The notes beneath the pieces are model-generated. The model was given only the letters and a program-made list of their open reading frames with translations. It did not search any database and was not told the DNA's origin. From the NCBI GenBank assembly GCA_963822965.1, contig CAWGJT010000005.1, positions 1,408,001 through 1,472,000 on the forward strand: a stretch of DNA of 64,000 bases, given 5' to 3'. A program made the position numbers and the translations under genes. The DNA is from an uncultured delta proteobacterium (GTDB taxonomy: Bacteria; Myxococcota_A; UBA9160; UBA4427). Positions 30,360 to 40,122 of this stretch are shown here, in pieces (the stretch's first letter is position 1; the number at the start of each line of letters is the position of its first letter).

Positions 30360-30443
30360 CCCGCCGCCCGCCACCCGCAGGGGTTTGACATAAGGCTCCT
30401 ACTCGGACCTTCGCCAAGAACGCGACTTGTCCGTCCTATCCTC
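30360..30443 (-). repeat. Module-boundary repeat, copy D (full)
   Basis: cccgccgcccgccacccgcaggggtttgacataaggctcctactcggaccttcgccaagaacgcgacttgtccgtcctatcctc; core near-identical to C and E, tail like B. Confidence 0.9.
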
Positions 30444-30701
30444 GGCCGTCCGGGAACCACTCGAGACCGGCGCGCGCACGCGAATGCCAACCTGCCATCT
30501 CCGCTTCGCTTGCCTTCAAGGACGACCCTCATGCCCTCGGCGGCTTCGTTCAACGTCAAGCAGGCTTGCACCCCAAGCCGGTCGCGAACGACGGCAACAA
30601 AGAGGCTCTCGGGCGGGTTCACACAAATTTCTGTTGCAATCGATCTGACGTCCTGCTATCGGAAAAGTGTCTTTTCCCTCCGGTGTCGAGAGGATTCCGC
30701 T

Positions 30702-31103
30702 ATGGCGAACGATCGTTTCACTGCCGATGAAACCCGCAAGCTGGCAGTCGTCATCGCCCGGGTCTGGGCCGACCCGCAGCTTGCGCAGACCTACGCGAAG
30801 AGCCCAGAGGCCGTCCTGAGCGGTGCCGGCCTCAACCTCGGCGGTCGTGCAGCTCCCGAAATCCCGGAGAAGCCCGCCGAGCTCTCCGCCCAGCGCGCAG
30901 TCGGCGGCGCCTCGCTCTCCAGCGCCAGCAGCATCAGCTGTGCGACCTGTCCATGCAGCGGCTGCACCGCATCTTGTGCGTGCGCCCAGCTTCAAGACAT
31001 GCGACCGCATCTCGATGCCATGATGAAACTCGCCGAGGAACCGGCGGGGCGCGAGCAAGCGCGGAAGATGATGGCCAACTGGGAAATCAAGCTGTCTCAG
31101 TAG
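30702..31103 (+). CDS. RiPP precursor: NHLP-like leader, Ser/Cys-rich core, C-terminal follower (133 aa)
   Basis: VIARVWADPQLAQTYAKSPEAVL (NHLP-like), ELSAQRAVGG double-Gly, core ASLSSASSISCATCPCSGCTASCAC; RBS gaggattccgctATG; first gene of the cluster. Confidence 0.85.
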   Translation: MANDRFTADETRKLAVVIARVWADPQLAQTYAKSPEAVLSGAGLNLGGRAAPEIPEKPAELSAQRAVGGASLSSASSISCATCPCSGCTASCACAQLQDMRPHLDAMMKLAEEPAGREQARKMMANWEIKLSQ

Positions 31104-31116
31104 GCCGGTACCGAAC

Positions 31117-32357
31117 TTGCCGGACACCGCCGAGGGCGCTACCGAGCGGGTGCAGACGGAAGCGCTGGCGTTTCTGAAGGATCCGGAACGCCGGCGCCAT
31201 TGGCGCAGCTTCTACGAGCTCGCTCATGCCGTGCCACCGGTATTCCTCGGGCACAAGGAGTGGTTGCTTGCCGGCCGCGACGACGTTCTCGCGGCGATGC
31301 GGGACGAAGGCGCGGAACTGACTGCCCTCTATCCAGCGACGCTCTCGCCGAGCCTCAACGAGCTCTTCCTCGGCATGCTGCCTTTCGAAAGCGGTGCGGA
31401 CCATCGCCGGCTGCGATCGCTGATACGGTCGCTGTTCTCCGTTGGGGCGATGTCGCGATTGCAGGACCATCTTTCCGACCTGATGGACGAGCTTCTCTAC
31501 CCCGCCGTGTTCGAGGCGGAAGGGTGCGATGTCCTCGCCACGCTCGGCGTCCGCGTGCCGGAGGCGGTTTCATGCTTGCTTCTGGATGTCATGCCCGTCG
31601 ACCGGGACGCGATCGGATCCTGGTCGCGGACGATGTACAAGCAACTGGGGCGCTACGACCAATCGGAAGACGAGATCCGAGAGGCGGAGGCAGCGTATCG
31701 TGATTTCAGCGCGTACGTACGGCGCCGGATGGGGGGGAGAGTGGGGCGAGGTACGGCGGTGTCGGCGAAGCGCTTCTCGCTGCATGGCGCAACGGCGATC
31801 TCGATCACGCGCAGCTGCTGTCCTACTTCGCTCTCTTCCTGCTTACGGGGCTGGACACGCTGACCTATGCGATCGGCAACTCCCTGTGGTTCCTTGGAAA
31901 CTCGCCCGAGGTCTTTGCCACGCTTCGACGCTCCCCCGACCTGGTCGACACGGCGTTTGCCGAAGCGATGAGGCTGTGGGGGCCGATCCGGCTCTGCGTG
32001 CGACACCTCGAGCGCGCCGTTCAAGTCGGTGAAGGGACTCTTCCCGAGGGATCGACGGTCTTTCTCCTCGTGCATGCCGCCAACCGCGACCCCAGGCGGC
32101 TCGAGAGGTGCAACGAGCTCCTGTGGCATCGCAGAGGGGGGGAGGATCTGGCCTTTGGTGTCGGCCCGCATGCCTGTCTCGGCGCGGCCGTCGGCAGATT
32201 GGTAGGACGCACGCTGTATCGAACGGTGGCGGCGCGCTGCGAGTCACTGCGGGTCACCCCGGGCCCGCACGATCCTCGATTCATCCGCTCTCAGCCGATT
32301 CTCGGCATCGAGTCCGTTCGTCTGTTTGCAGAACCCGACCCCGGCCGGCCACGGTAG
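31117..32357 (+). CDS. Cytochrome P450 (RiPP tailoring), split by a 1-nt deletion in a G run at 31731-31737
   Basis: DHRRLR in frame 1; LLTGLDTLT, EAMR, AANRDP, FGVGPHACLG in frame 2; G8 instead of G7 restores one ORF. Confidence 0.82.
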
Positions 32358-32362
32358 CCCCG

Positions 32363-34291
32363 ATGTCAGGGACGTTTCCTTTGCAGCCGGTCGTCAGCCT
32401 GGGTCCGCGCGAAGAGGATTGGGCGGTGGCGATCGCACGCGGCGCACCGCCGTTTCAGCGATTGCGGCATCCGGCCTTTCATACGGGAGGTCCCGAGCCG
32501 CACGGCGCCGAGGCTGCGCGCCGGTGGGTCGAAGCCATCTGCGTTGGATCCCCGGACCGTGAGGCGGAGGTGCGGGCGGCTTCGGACCTCGATCTTTCCG
32601 GCGTCGTGCAGGCATTCCGGCCGGCCCGGATCGTCAGCGATCAACGTCTCCCGACGTGGGCCGACCTTCTAATCCGGACGATCCGCGCGTTGCCACGGGA
32701 GCTGTGCGGCGGTGCGGCGGACGAGGACCCTACCACGGTCGGTACCCGCGCATTCCTGGGCGTGTCGCACCAACTCCTCGATTGGGATCGGCTCAGGTTT
32801 CGCTACCCCTTCCTGGACCCCGAGCTTCTCGTCGCGCTCACGAGGCAACTCGTCACGCGCGTCTTACTGGCTTGTGGTGCAACGCTCGAGCTGGAAAACG
32901 TCACCCGCGCCGACCCGACATGGGACTTCGGCCGCGGCGCATGGCTGGACCGCCTGTGCGGGTTCGCCGGGCTCAACTTCGTCGTCGGCACCGCGATCCG
33001 GCAGTGGCAACAGAACGCGCTCGAGATTCTCTCGCGGATCGGACGAGACCTTCCACTGCTGCAAGAGGCACTGTTCGCGGGCGTGCCGACCGGCTCGCTC
33101 GTTTCCATCGAAGGAGACCTCGGCGACCGCCACAACGACGGCCGATCGGTGGCCGTTCTGACGTTCGCAAGCGGCAACCGCGTCGTCTACAAGCCGAAGG
33201 ACCTGCGCTGCGCGCGCAAGTTCTTGGGCATGCTGGCGTCCCTCAATGCGGCCAGCCCATCGGTGGCGCTGCCCACGCGGCAGATACTCTGCCGGGAAGA
33301 CTACAGCTGGGAAGCGTACGTCTCGCAGCGTCAGGTGGAAACCGAGGCGGAGGCTGCGCGGTTCTTTCGCCGGTTCGGGATGCTTTTGCGCGTGCTTCAA
33401 CTGGTCGAGGGCCGCGACTTCTGGATCGACAATCTCCGTGTCGACGGTGATCGGCCGGTCTTCATCGACCTCGAATGCATCCTCCATCCGCGCGTGGAGA
33501 CGCTCGGCGATCGGAAAACCATCATGGGGCTCGAGCGTGCGATCTACGAAGAGTCGGTGCTGGCGACCGCGGCCGTGACGCAGCCGGTCGAGGTGCCCGA
33601 CTTCGGCCGGCAGGACTTCGGCGCGTTGTCGTCCTCCGGCGTCAGGGTCCTGCCCCTGGGCATGTGGAGCGGCTACCGCGATCAGCGAAACGGCAACATC
33701 TGGCTGAAGGACGGCCGGCTCTACTGGGCGCCGGACGTCGCGTGGCCGCGTCCGGCTAACAGGCCCGCTGACGCGGTCGATTACCTCGACGATCTGGAAT
33801 CGGGCTACCGGGAAGCACAGGACCTGCTCTTCCGCACCGCCGCGGAGCTGCGCGACGCGACCGGTCCGCTCGCGGGCATCGAGGACGTGCCGGTGCGGGT
33901 GCTCATGCGAAGCACGTGGGAATACCTCGTGCTTCTGCGGGCTTCGCTCGAGCCCACCGCCTTGCTGGACGGCAATGCCCGGGAGCTCGCCTTGGCGAGC
34001 GCGATCCCGACCGCGCCCGACTGGGGTGCCGGAGACGACGCTAGGCGGCGCCTCGCACGGTCCGAACTGGATGCGCTCCGGCTTCTGGATATACCCGAGT
34101 TCTACAACCTGCCCTCGGGCACATCGGCGATCGATCCGTCCCATCTGGCCGTGCCCGACGTATTCTCGGGGTCGGCGCACGAGCGCCTGAGAGAGCGATT
34201 GGATGCCATAGGGTCCTTCGACATAGAGGCCCAGCTGGAAATCCTGCGTACCGCCGTCGGGTCGATAGCCCGGTCGGCGGGCAAGGCATGA
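32363..34291 (+). CDS. Stand-alone LanM-type dehydratase domain protein (DUF4135), no LanC cyclase domain
   Basis: GDRHNDGRSV..LTF..G..VVYKPKDL, DFWIDN...PVFIDLE, SVLATA, RVLMRSTWEY, LDIPEFY; 642 aa, ends where the cyclase domain would begin. Confidence 0.85.
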   Translation: MSGTFPLQPVVSLGPREEDWAVAIARGAPPFQRLRHPAFHTGGPEPHGAEAARRWVEAICVGSPDREAEVRAASDLDLSGVVQAFRPARIVSDQRLPTWADLLIRTIRALPRELCGGAADEDPTTVGTRAFLGVSHQLLDWDRLRFRYPFLDPELLVALTRQLVTRVLLACGATLELENVTRADPTWDFGRGAWLDRLCGFAGLNFVVGTAIRQWQQNALEILSRIGRDLPLLQEALFAGVPTGSLVSIEGDLGDRHNDGRSVAVLTFASGNRVVYKPKDLRCARKFLGMLASLNAASPSVALPTRQILCREDYSWEAYVSQRQVETEAEAARFFRRFGMLLRVLQLVEGRDFWIDNLRVDGDRPVFIDLECILHPRVETLGDRKTIMGLERAIYEESVLATAAVTQPVEVPDFGRQDFGALSSSGVRVLPLGMWSGYRDQRNGNIWLKDGRLYWAPDVAWPRPANRPADAVDYLDDLESGYREAQDLLFRTAAELRDATGPLAGIEDVPVRVLMRSTWEYLVLLRASLEPTALLDGNARELALASAIPTAPDWGAGDDARRRLARSELDALRLLDIPEFYNLPSGTSAIDPSHLAVPDVFSGSAHERLRERLDAIGSFDIEAQLEILRTAVGSIARSAGKA

Positions 34292-34300
34292 ACCCGCGGA

Positions 34301-36583
34301 ATGGATCGACAGCGCGAAGTCGAGAGAGCGACGATGACCGCAGGCCTGGGCACGGCGCCGGTGTCGCGTCGCCTCCATCTTCGACCTCGGTACAAAGCCT
34401 TCGCGGTCGAGGGAGAAGGCCTCTTTCTGATCGGCGATCGCGATCACGAGATCCTCGAGGGACAGATCTTCGTCGACCTGCTGCCTTTCCTCGACGACGG
34501 CGTGGAGGAGACGCTGGTCGCCGATGCGCTCGAGGCAACCTATCCCCGATCCTTCGTGCACTACGCGTTCGAGGTCCTGATCGAGCGCGGGCTGGTGACG
34601 GAAGTCCCGCGCCACGCAACGGTCGGCGAGGAAGCCTTCTGGGACGAACTAGGCCTCGATTGCCGAACGGTGACGGAACGGCTCTCGAAGACCGGGGTCG
34701 CCGTGACCGCTGTCGGCGCGGTCGAGCCGCGACCCGTCGTCGAAGCGCTGAAATCTCTCGGCGTGACGGCGGGTATCGTCGACAGGCCCACCCGGGAATC
34801 CCTGCACGTGGTCCTGACCGATGACTATCTCGATCCCGGGCTGGCGGAGCTGGCAGAGGTCAACCTGCGGGACGACCGGCCATGGCTCCTCGCACGTGGC
34901 GCCGGACCCGAAGTCTGGATCGGCCCCTTGTTCAGAAACGGGCATGGCTGCCTGGAATGCCTGTCGTGGCGGCTGCGGACCAACGCGGCCCTCGAGGCCT
35001 ATGTCGGCCGGCGAGTTGGCGGCACCGGAATCACGAAGGCGATCGCGCAGAACCGGCCGCTCGGGGCCATCGTAGCGAACCTCGTCGCCCTCGAGGCCGC
35101 GAAATGGGCTGCGGGTTGCGCCGAACCGGGATCGCGGGTCAAGACGATCGACCTGCGGACGTTGCAGAGCACGGACCATGCCCTGAAGAAACGTCCGCAA
35201 TGTCGGGTCTGCGGCAACCCCGATCTCCAGACCGAGATCCTCACTCGGCCCGTTTGCATCACCGAGGACGAGCGGCCCGCGCGGGCGACGCTGGACGACC
35301 TCATGCCTTTCGTCAGCAAGGTCACCGGCATCGTTACCAGCCTCGTCCGCGTGGAGACCGGCGTCGAGTCGCTGCATACCTATACCGGATTCTTCGGCTT
35401 CGGCCGCGACGCGTTCGACCTTCAGGCCGTCAAGAACAGCATGCTGAGCCAGGCCGCCGGCGTCGGTACGACGGCCGAGGCGGCGAAAGTCGGCGCAATC
35501 TGCGAAGCCCTCGAACGGTATTCCGGGATGTATCACGGAGACGAGCCGGCAGTCCAGCTCTCGTATGCGGATTTGGATCCGGCGACGGCCGTGCATCCCG
35601 GCACGTGCATGCTCTATAGCAGCCGCCAGTACGCCGCGCGCGAGGAAATCAACGCCAAGGGAGACCCCTTCGAGATGGTGCCGCGGCCGTTCGAGGAGAC
35701 CACGCCTCTTCACTGGACGGGCGTCTGGTCGCTCTCCGCCGCGCGCTTCAAGCTGCTGCCATCGACCTATCTCTTCTATAACTTCCCGCAGCCGCCCGCC
35801 GGGCCGTTCTGTTGGGCCGACTCGAACGGATGCGCCACGGGCGTGACGCTGACGGACGCGATTCGCCGCGGCCTCTATGAGCTGATCGAGCGGGATAGCG
35901 TCGCGGTCTGGTGGTACAACAGGCTGCGCCGGCCCGGCGTCGATCTCGCGAGCTTTCGTAGCGAATATTTCGACTCGTTCCTCGAATCCTACTCGAAGCT
36001 GCAGCGGGACGTCTGGGTCCTGGACGTCACCGGCGATCTGGCGATCCCGACCTTCGTCGCGATCTCACGATCGACCAGCGGCGGGACCGAGGACATCCTT
36101 CTGGCGTTCGGTGCGCATCTCGATGCTCGCGCGGCGATCGAGCATGCGCTGTCCGAGATGAACCATATCTTGCCGGCGGTGCTGCCAGCGAACCGCGACG
36201 CGTCCGGCGACTATCCGTATCCCGATCCGGCGCAGAAGCGGTGGTGGCGCAACGCGACGATCGAGAGCCAGCCCCATCTTCTTCCCGATCCGAAGATGCA
36301 AAGGCTACGTGCCGAGCACTATGGACCCGTCGTTCCGCTCAGCGATTCACAGCAGGCTTCGGCCGTCTGCGCCAGGGTCGAGGAACCCGGGCTGGAGGTC
36401 ATGGTGATCGATCAGACGCGACCGGACGTCGGGATTCCGGTTGCGAAGGTGATCGTCCCGGGGATGCGGCACTTCTGGTCGCGCCTCGCCGCCGGCCGGC
36501 TGTACGACGTCCCAGTGAAGATGGGTTGGCTGGATCGCCCTCGGCGTGAAGAAGAACTGAATCCGATCGCGATGTTTCTCTAG
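34301..36583 (+). CDS. Fused leader-binding/E1-like + YcaO cyclodehydratase (TOMM C-D)
   Basis: VLTDDYL, PWLLA..G..VWIGPLF..GCLECL, KRPQCRVCG, AICEALERYSG, ADSNGCATG, ELIERD, PGMRHFW, C-terminal ELNPIAMFL. Confidence 0.93.
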   Translation: MDRQREVERATMTAGLGTAPVSRRLHLRPRYKAFAVEGEGLFLIGDRDHEILEGQIFVDLLPFLDDGVEETLVADALEATYPRSFVHYAFEVLIERGLVTEVPRHATVGEEAFWDELGLDCRTVTERLSKTGVAVTAVGAVEPRPVVEALKSLGVTAGIVDRPTRESLHVVLTDDYLDPGLAELAEVNLRDDRPWLLARGAGPEVWIGPLFRNGHGCLECLSWRLRTNAALEAYVGRRVGGTGITKAIAQNRPLGAIVANLVALEAAKWAAGCAEPGSRVKTIDLRTLQSTDHALKKRPQCRVCGNPDLQTEILTRPVCITEDERPARATLDDLMPFVSKVTGIVTSLVRVETGVESLHTYTGFFGFGRDAFDLQAVKNSMLSQAAGVGTTAEAAKVGAICEALERYSGMYHGDEPAVQLSYADLDPATAVHPGTCMLYSSRQYAAREEINAKGDPFEMVPRPFEETTPLHWTGVWSLSAARFKLLPSTYLFYNFPQPPAGPFCWADSNGCATGVTLTDAIRRGLYELIERDSVAVWWYNRLRRPGVDLASFRSEYFDSFLESYSKLQRDVWVLDVTGDLAIPTFVAISRSTSGGTEDILLAFGAHLDARAAIEHALSEMNHILPAVLPANRDASGDYPYPDPAQKRWWRNATIESQPHLLPDPKMQRLRAEHYGPVVPLSDSQQASAVCARVEEPGLEVMVIDQTRPDVGIPVAKVIVPGMRHFWSRLAAGRLYDVPVKMGWLDRPRREEELNPIAMFL

Positions 36584-36595
36584 GAGGGGGCGTCG

Positions 36596-38134
36596 ATGCA
36601 TTGGCTGTTCGAACAGGCCGAGTGGCAAGCGCCGAGCCTGGAATTGCGACTGAGATTGCGACCGGAGGTCAGTATCAACGAATTGCCTGCGGGCGTCGTC
36701 ATGATCGGCCACGCGTGGGGCGCGCTCCGGCTCGAGGGCATTTCTCAGGCGATCTGCGCTTCGTTGAAGTGCCTGGCGTCCGGCTGGGTCGAGCGATCGG
36801 AGCTCTGGTCGATGGCCTCGAACCGCGGCGCAACAAGCCCTGCGGACATGGCCATTTCGCTCAGTCAGCATAGCTGGACTCTCGATCAGCTCGGCTTTCT
36901 CTGCCGGCTTCAGCTGGCCGTGCACGGCAGATCGCTTATGACGATCGAGCCGCTCTCGTGCGCCGCAAGCCTCGACCTGGGTGGGGTCTCTCGGGTGGCC
37001 GGCACGCCGCGCCTGTCGCGTTTCGCCTATCTGCAGCGTCATGATCACGGCCTGGCGATGGAATCCGCGGTCGCGGCGCACCGGGTGATCCTGCATGACG
37101 TGTCGGGCGCCGCCTTGATCAGCTCGCTGGCCGCTGCAGAGGAGCCCGCAGCCGAGCGCGCGCTCGACGACGAGGTACGGCTTGCGGCGATCAGGCTGCT
37201 GGACGCAGCCGGCATGCTCGAGGGCAGCGAGTGGGCCGCGGCAGCGGGCATCGGGGACGAGTTGCTGAAGATGGGAGAGTTTCACGACCTGCTGTTTCAC
37301 CGCCGCAGCCGGTACGGACGCCACGATGGGGCGTTCGGAGCCGAATTCCCCTACCTGCAGAGCGTGCCTTCGCCACCCGCACTGCCCGCTCGGCTCGCGG
37401 GTACCGCGATCCCACTGCCGTTGCCGAGCGAACGGGACGTCCGCGCGCGGGACCTCTCGCTCACCCAGGCGCTGGAGCGGCGCGTTTCCATCAGGCAGTA
37501 CGATGGCCGGCCGGTCACGCTGCCACAGCTCGGGGAGTTTCTCTTCCGGTGCGCCCGGACGCGGGGGCGATATGGCCCGGCTCCGGCAGCCGGCATGCCC
37601 TATCAGGCGTGCGATCGGCCATATGCCTCGGGCGGGGGCATCCACGACCTCGAGCTGTATCTGATTGCCGGCCGGGTCGAGGATCTTCCCGCCGGGGCCT
37701 ATCACTACGCCGCCGACAGGCACGAATTCGAGATCCTGCCCGCCGGCGAGCAAGCCACCGCGCCGCTGCTCAAGGGGGCCATGCGGGCGTCCGGCGCGAC
37801 GGAGCCGCCGCCGGTCCTGATCAAGATCGCCTCTCGCTTTGGGCGCATGAGCTGGAAATATCGCTCGATCTCCTACGCGACCACCCTCAAGAACGTCGGG
37901 GTGCTCTACCAGACGATGTATCTGGTGGCGACGGCGATGGGATTGGCCGGCTGCGCTCTCGGCTCCGGCGACGACGTCGCCGCCGAAGAGGCCTTGACTC
38001 TCGCGGCGAGGTCGGAAATCGGCGTCGGCGAGTTCATGCTGGGCATTCCGCCGGCAAGGGCGGCGACGGTTTCGAATCGGCAGATCGATCCGACGTGGCT
38101 GCCCCTGGTCCAACCGGATTGGGGACACCACTAG
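36596..38134 (+). CDS. SagB/ThcOx-type FMN azoline dehydrogenase
   Basis: EFHDLLFHRRSR.GRHD, RRVSIRQY, RPYASGGGIHDLELY, RFGRMSWKY.SISYA..LKNVGVLYQTMYLVATAMGL. Confidence 0.92.
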   Translation: MHWLFEQAEWQAPSLELRLRLRPEVSINELPAGVVMIGHAWGALRLEGISQAICASLKCLASGWVERSELWSMASNRGATSPADMAISLSQHSWTLDQLGFLCRLQLAVHGRSLMTIEPLSCAASLDLGGVSRVAGTPRLSRFAYLQRHDHGLAMESAVAAHRVILHDVSGAALISSLAAAEEPAAERALDDEVRLAAIRLLDAAGMLEGSEWAAAAGIGDELLKMGEFHDLLFHRRSRYGRHDGAFGAEFPYLQSVPSPPALPARLAGTAIPLPLPSERDVRARDLSLTQALERRVSIRQYDGRPVTLPQLGEFLFRCARTRGRYGPAPAAGMPYQACDRPYASGGGIHDLELYLIAGRVEDLPAGAYHYAADRHEFEILPAGEQATAPLLKGAMRASGATEPPPVLIKIASRFGRMSWKYRSISYATTLKNVGVLYQTMYLVATAMGLAGCALGSGDDVAAEEALTLAARSEIGVGEFMLGIPPARAATVSNRQIDPTWLPLVQPDWGHH

Positions 38135-38411
38135 CGACCGCCCGCGAGCGCCGTGCTTCATCTGGAGAGGCTCCGGCGGTCACGCCACGGCCGGACGCGC
38201 CCAGGACGCCTGGTAGCGCGCGAGGCAGGTGCCTGAAACGAAGAAGCAGCCACGCAAGTAGCTACTTTCGTTGAGGAGGATAAGCATGATAAGGGGATGG
38301 CGTCTGCAGCCAACGACGTAAGCCCCCGAGATCAGATGGGTTGGTGCCTCCCGTCCCCGTTGGACATCCTCGAGTTGGACGAACGACAACACCCAACGAG
38401 AGGAGGCACCG

Positions 38412-39579
38412 ATGGAACGCTACATCGGGATGGACGTTCACGCCGCGAGCTGCACGCTGGCCGTGATCTCCGAAAAGGGACGCAAGCTCAAGGACTTCCC
38501 GGTCGAGACGAACGGCCAGGCGCTGGCGGGCCTCGTGCCTGTGTAGGGAATCATCATTGCAGACTGCCATGATGATTCCCCATGGAAGCGGTCCGAATGA
38601 TCCCGGGCCGCAAGCACCTGGTCTTCGAGGAGGGCCTGCAGAGCGCCTGGCTGTACGAGACGCTGAGCCCACACGTCGACGAGCTGGTGGTGGCCGGGAT
38701 CACCGAGAGCCGGGGACTGAAGAGCGACCAGCGCGACGCCTACGCGCTGGTTGAGAAGCTGCGGATGGGCAACCTCGAGAAGTGCGTGTTCAAGGCGCCT
38801 CGGCAGTTCACCCGCCTGCGCGAGCTCTCGCGCATTCACATGACACTGGTCGGCGACGTCGTGCGGGCGCAGTCGAGGCTCAAGAGCTTGTACCGCGGCC
38901 ACGCAGAGCGTGGCTGCGCTTGGCGAGCTTCGCTCGCCCGCGCTCCCGCGGCGTTCCGGTCTCGGGCGAGAACGTGTATGGGATGCGTCATCGCGAAGCG
39001 TGGCAGGCTCAGCTGCCGGCCAACGCGCAGGCGAGGGCGACTCGGCTGTACGCACACTTCGACTTCCTGCTGGAGCAGAAGGGCGAGGCGGAGGCCGATC
39101 TACTTCGCGAGGCGAAGAAGCACCCGATTGTCGGACTGCTGGAAACGGCGCCCGGGTTCGGACCGATCCGAGCGGCCCGGCTGGTTCCCATCGTCGTGAC
39201 GCCGCATCGCTTCCGCACGAGGCGACAGTTGTGGAGCTACTGTGGCCTCGGCATCGTGACCCGCTCGAGCTCGGACTGGGTCCAGACGGCCGATGGCTGG
39301 ATCAAGGCACGCGTTCCGCAGACGAGAGGTCTGTCCCGACAACACAACCGAGCCTTGAAGCACATCTTCAAGGGCGCTGCGACGACGGTGATCACACAGC
39401 GCAACAAGGATCCGATCTATGGACGCTACGAACGGCTTCTCGACGGCGGCACCAAGCCGACACTCGCGAAGCTGAGCTTGGCCCGCATGATTGCAGCCAC
39501 GGTGCTGCGCATGTGGAAGGACGAGAAGGAGTACCGCCCCGGGCGAGCTGGCCCGTCTGTCGAAATACACGAAGGCTAG
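38412..39579 (+). pseudogene. IS110-family (DEDD) transposase interrupted by two short hairpin insertions
   Basis: MERYIGMDVHAASC, FEEG, KSDQRDA, LETAPGFGPIRAA, SYCGLG..TRSSS across three frames; removing 38527-38582 and 38897-38943 restores one frame. Confidence 0.85.
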
Positions 39580-40023
39580 GCAAGGACTCGCTCTGGAGAG
39601 TCTTCGAGAGGACAACCACTCGATCAGGCAGAGGCGAAGAGTGTTCGTATTGCCACGCTTGGCGTGGCCGCGGAGGTGAGCATCCCCGTTCGTCCTGGCC
39701 CACGGCCCCGAGCCCCAAGGTCCGACGGATAAGCTATGCCCCTCCGAAGAACCGAACGAAGCGATGGCCGACCGAGGCCCAGATGGAAGGATGGTTCCCA
39801 CGACCCCGTGGAGAACACAACCGCCAACGAATCGCGCTGCGATCGGCTTGCCCGCGAACCGGGTCTTCGGACCGAGTCACTCGTAGAAGCTCCGCCGCCG
39901 CTCCGGTGGAGCCACGAGCACCATCTCTCAACTCGAGAGCGCCCAGCCAGAGCGGGAGCAGACGCCCGGATCGAAGAATCTGCGGCGATGGGGAAAGTGC
40001 GTCTTGCGCTCCGACCCTATGGA

Positions 40024-40103
40024 AGGACGGACAAGTCGCGTTCTTGGCGAAGGTCCGAGTAGGAGCCTTATGTCAATCGCCCTCCGGGGTCCCCGCGGCG
40101 GGG
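40024..40103 (+). repeat. Module-boundary repeat, copy E
   Basis: aggacggacaagtcgcgttcttggcgaaggtccgagtaggagccttatgtcaatcgccctccggggtccccgcggcgggg. Confidence 0.9.
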
Positions 40104-40122
40104 CTTCTCCCGCCACGTCGTT

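Noticed and set aside
30702..38134. Class II lanthipeptide or thiopeptide call
   Set aside because: No LanC-like cyclase domain, no split LanB and no pyridine synthase are encoded.
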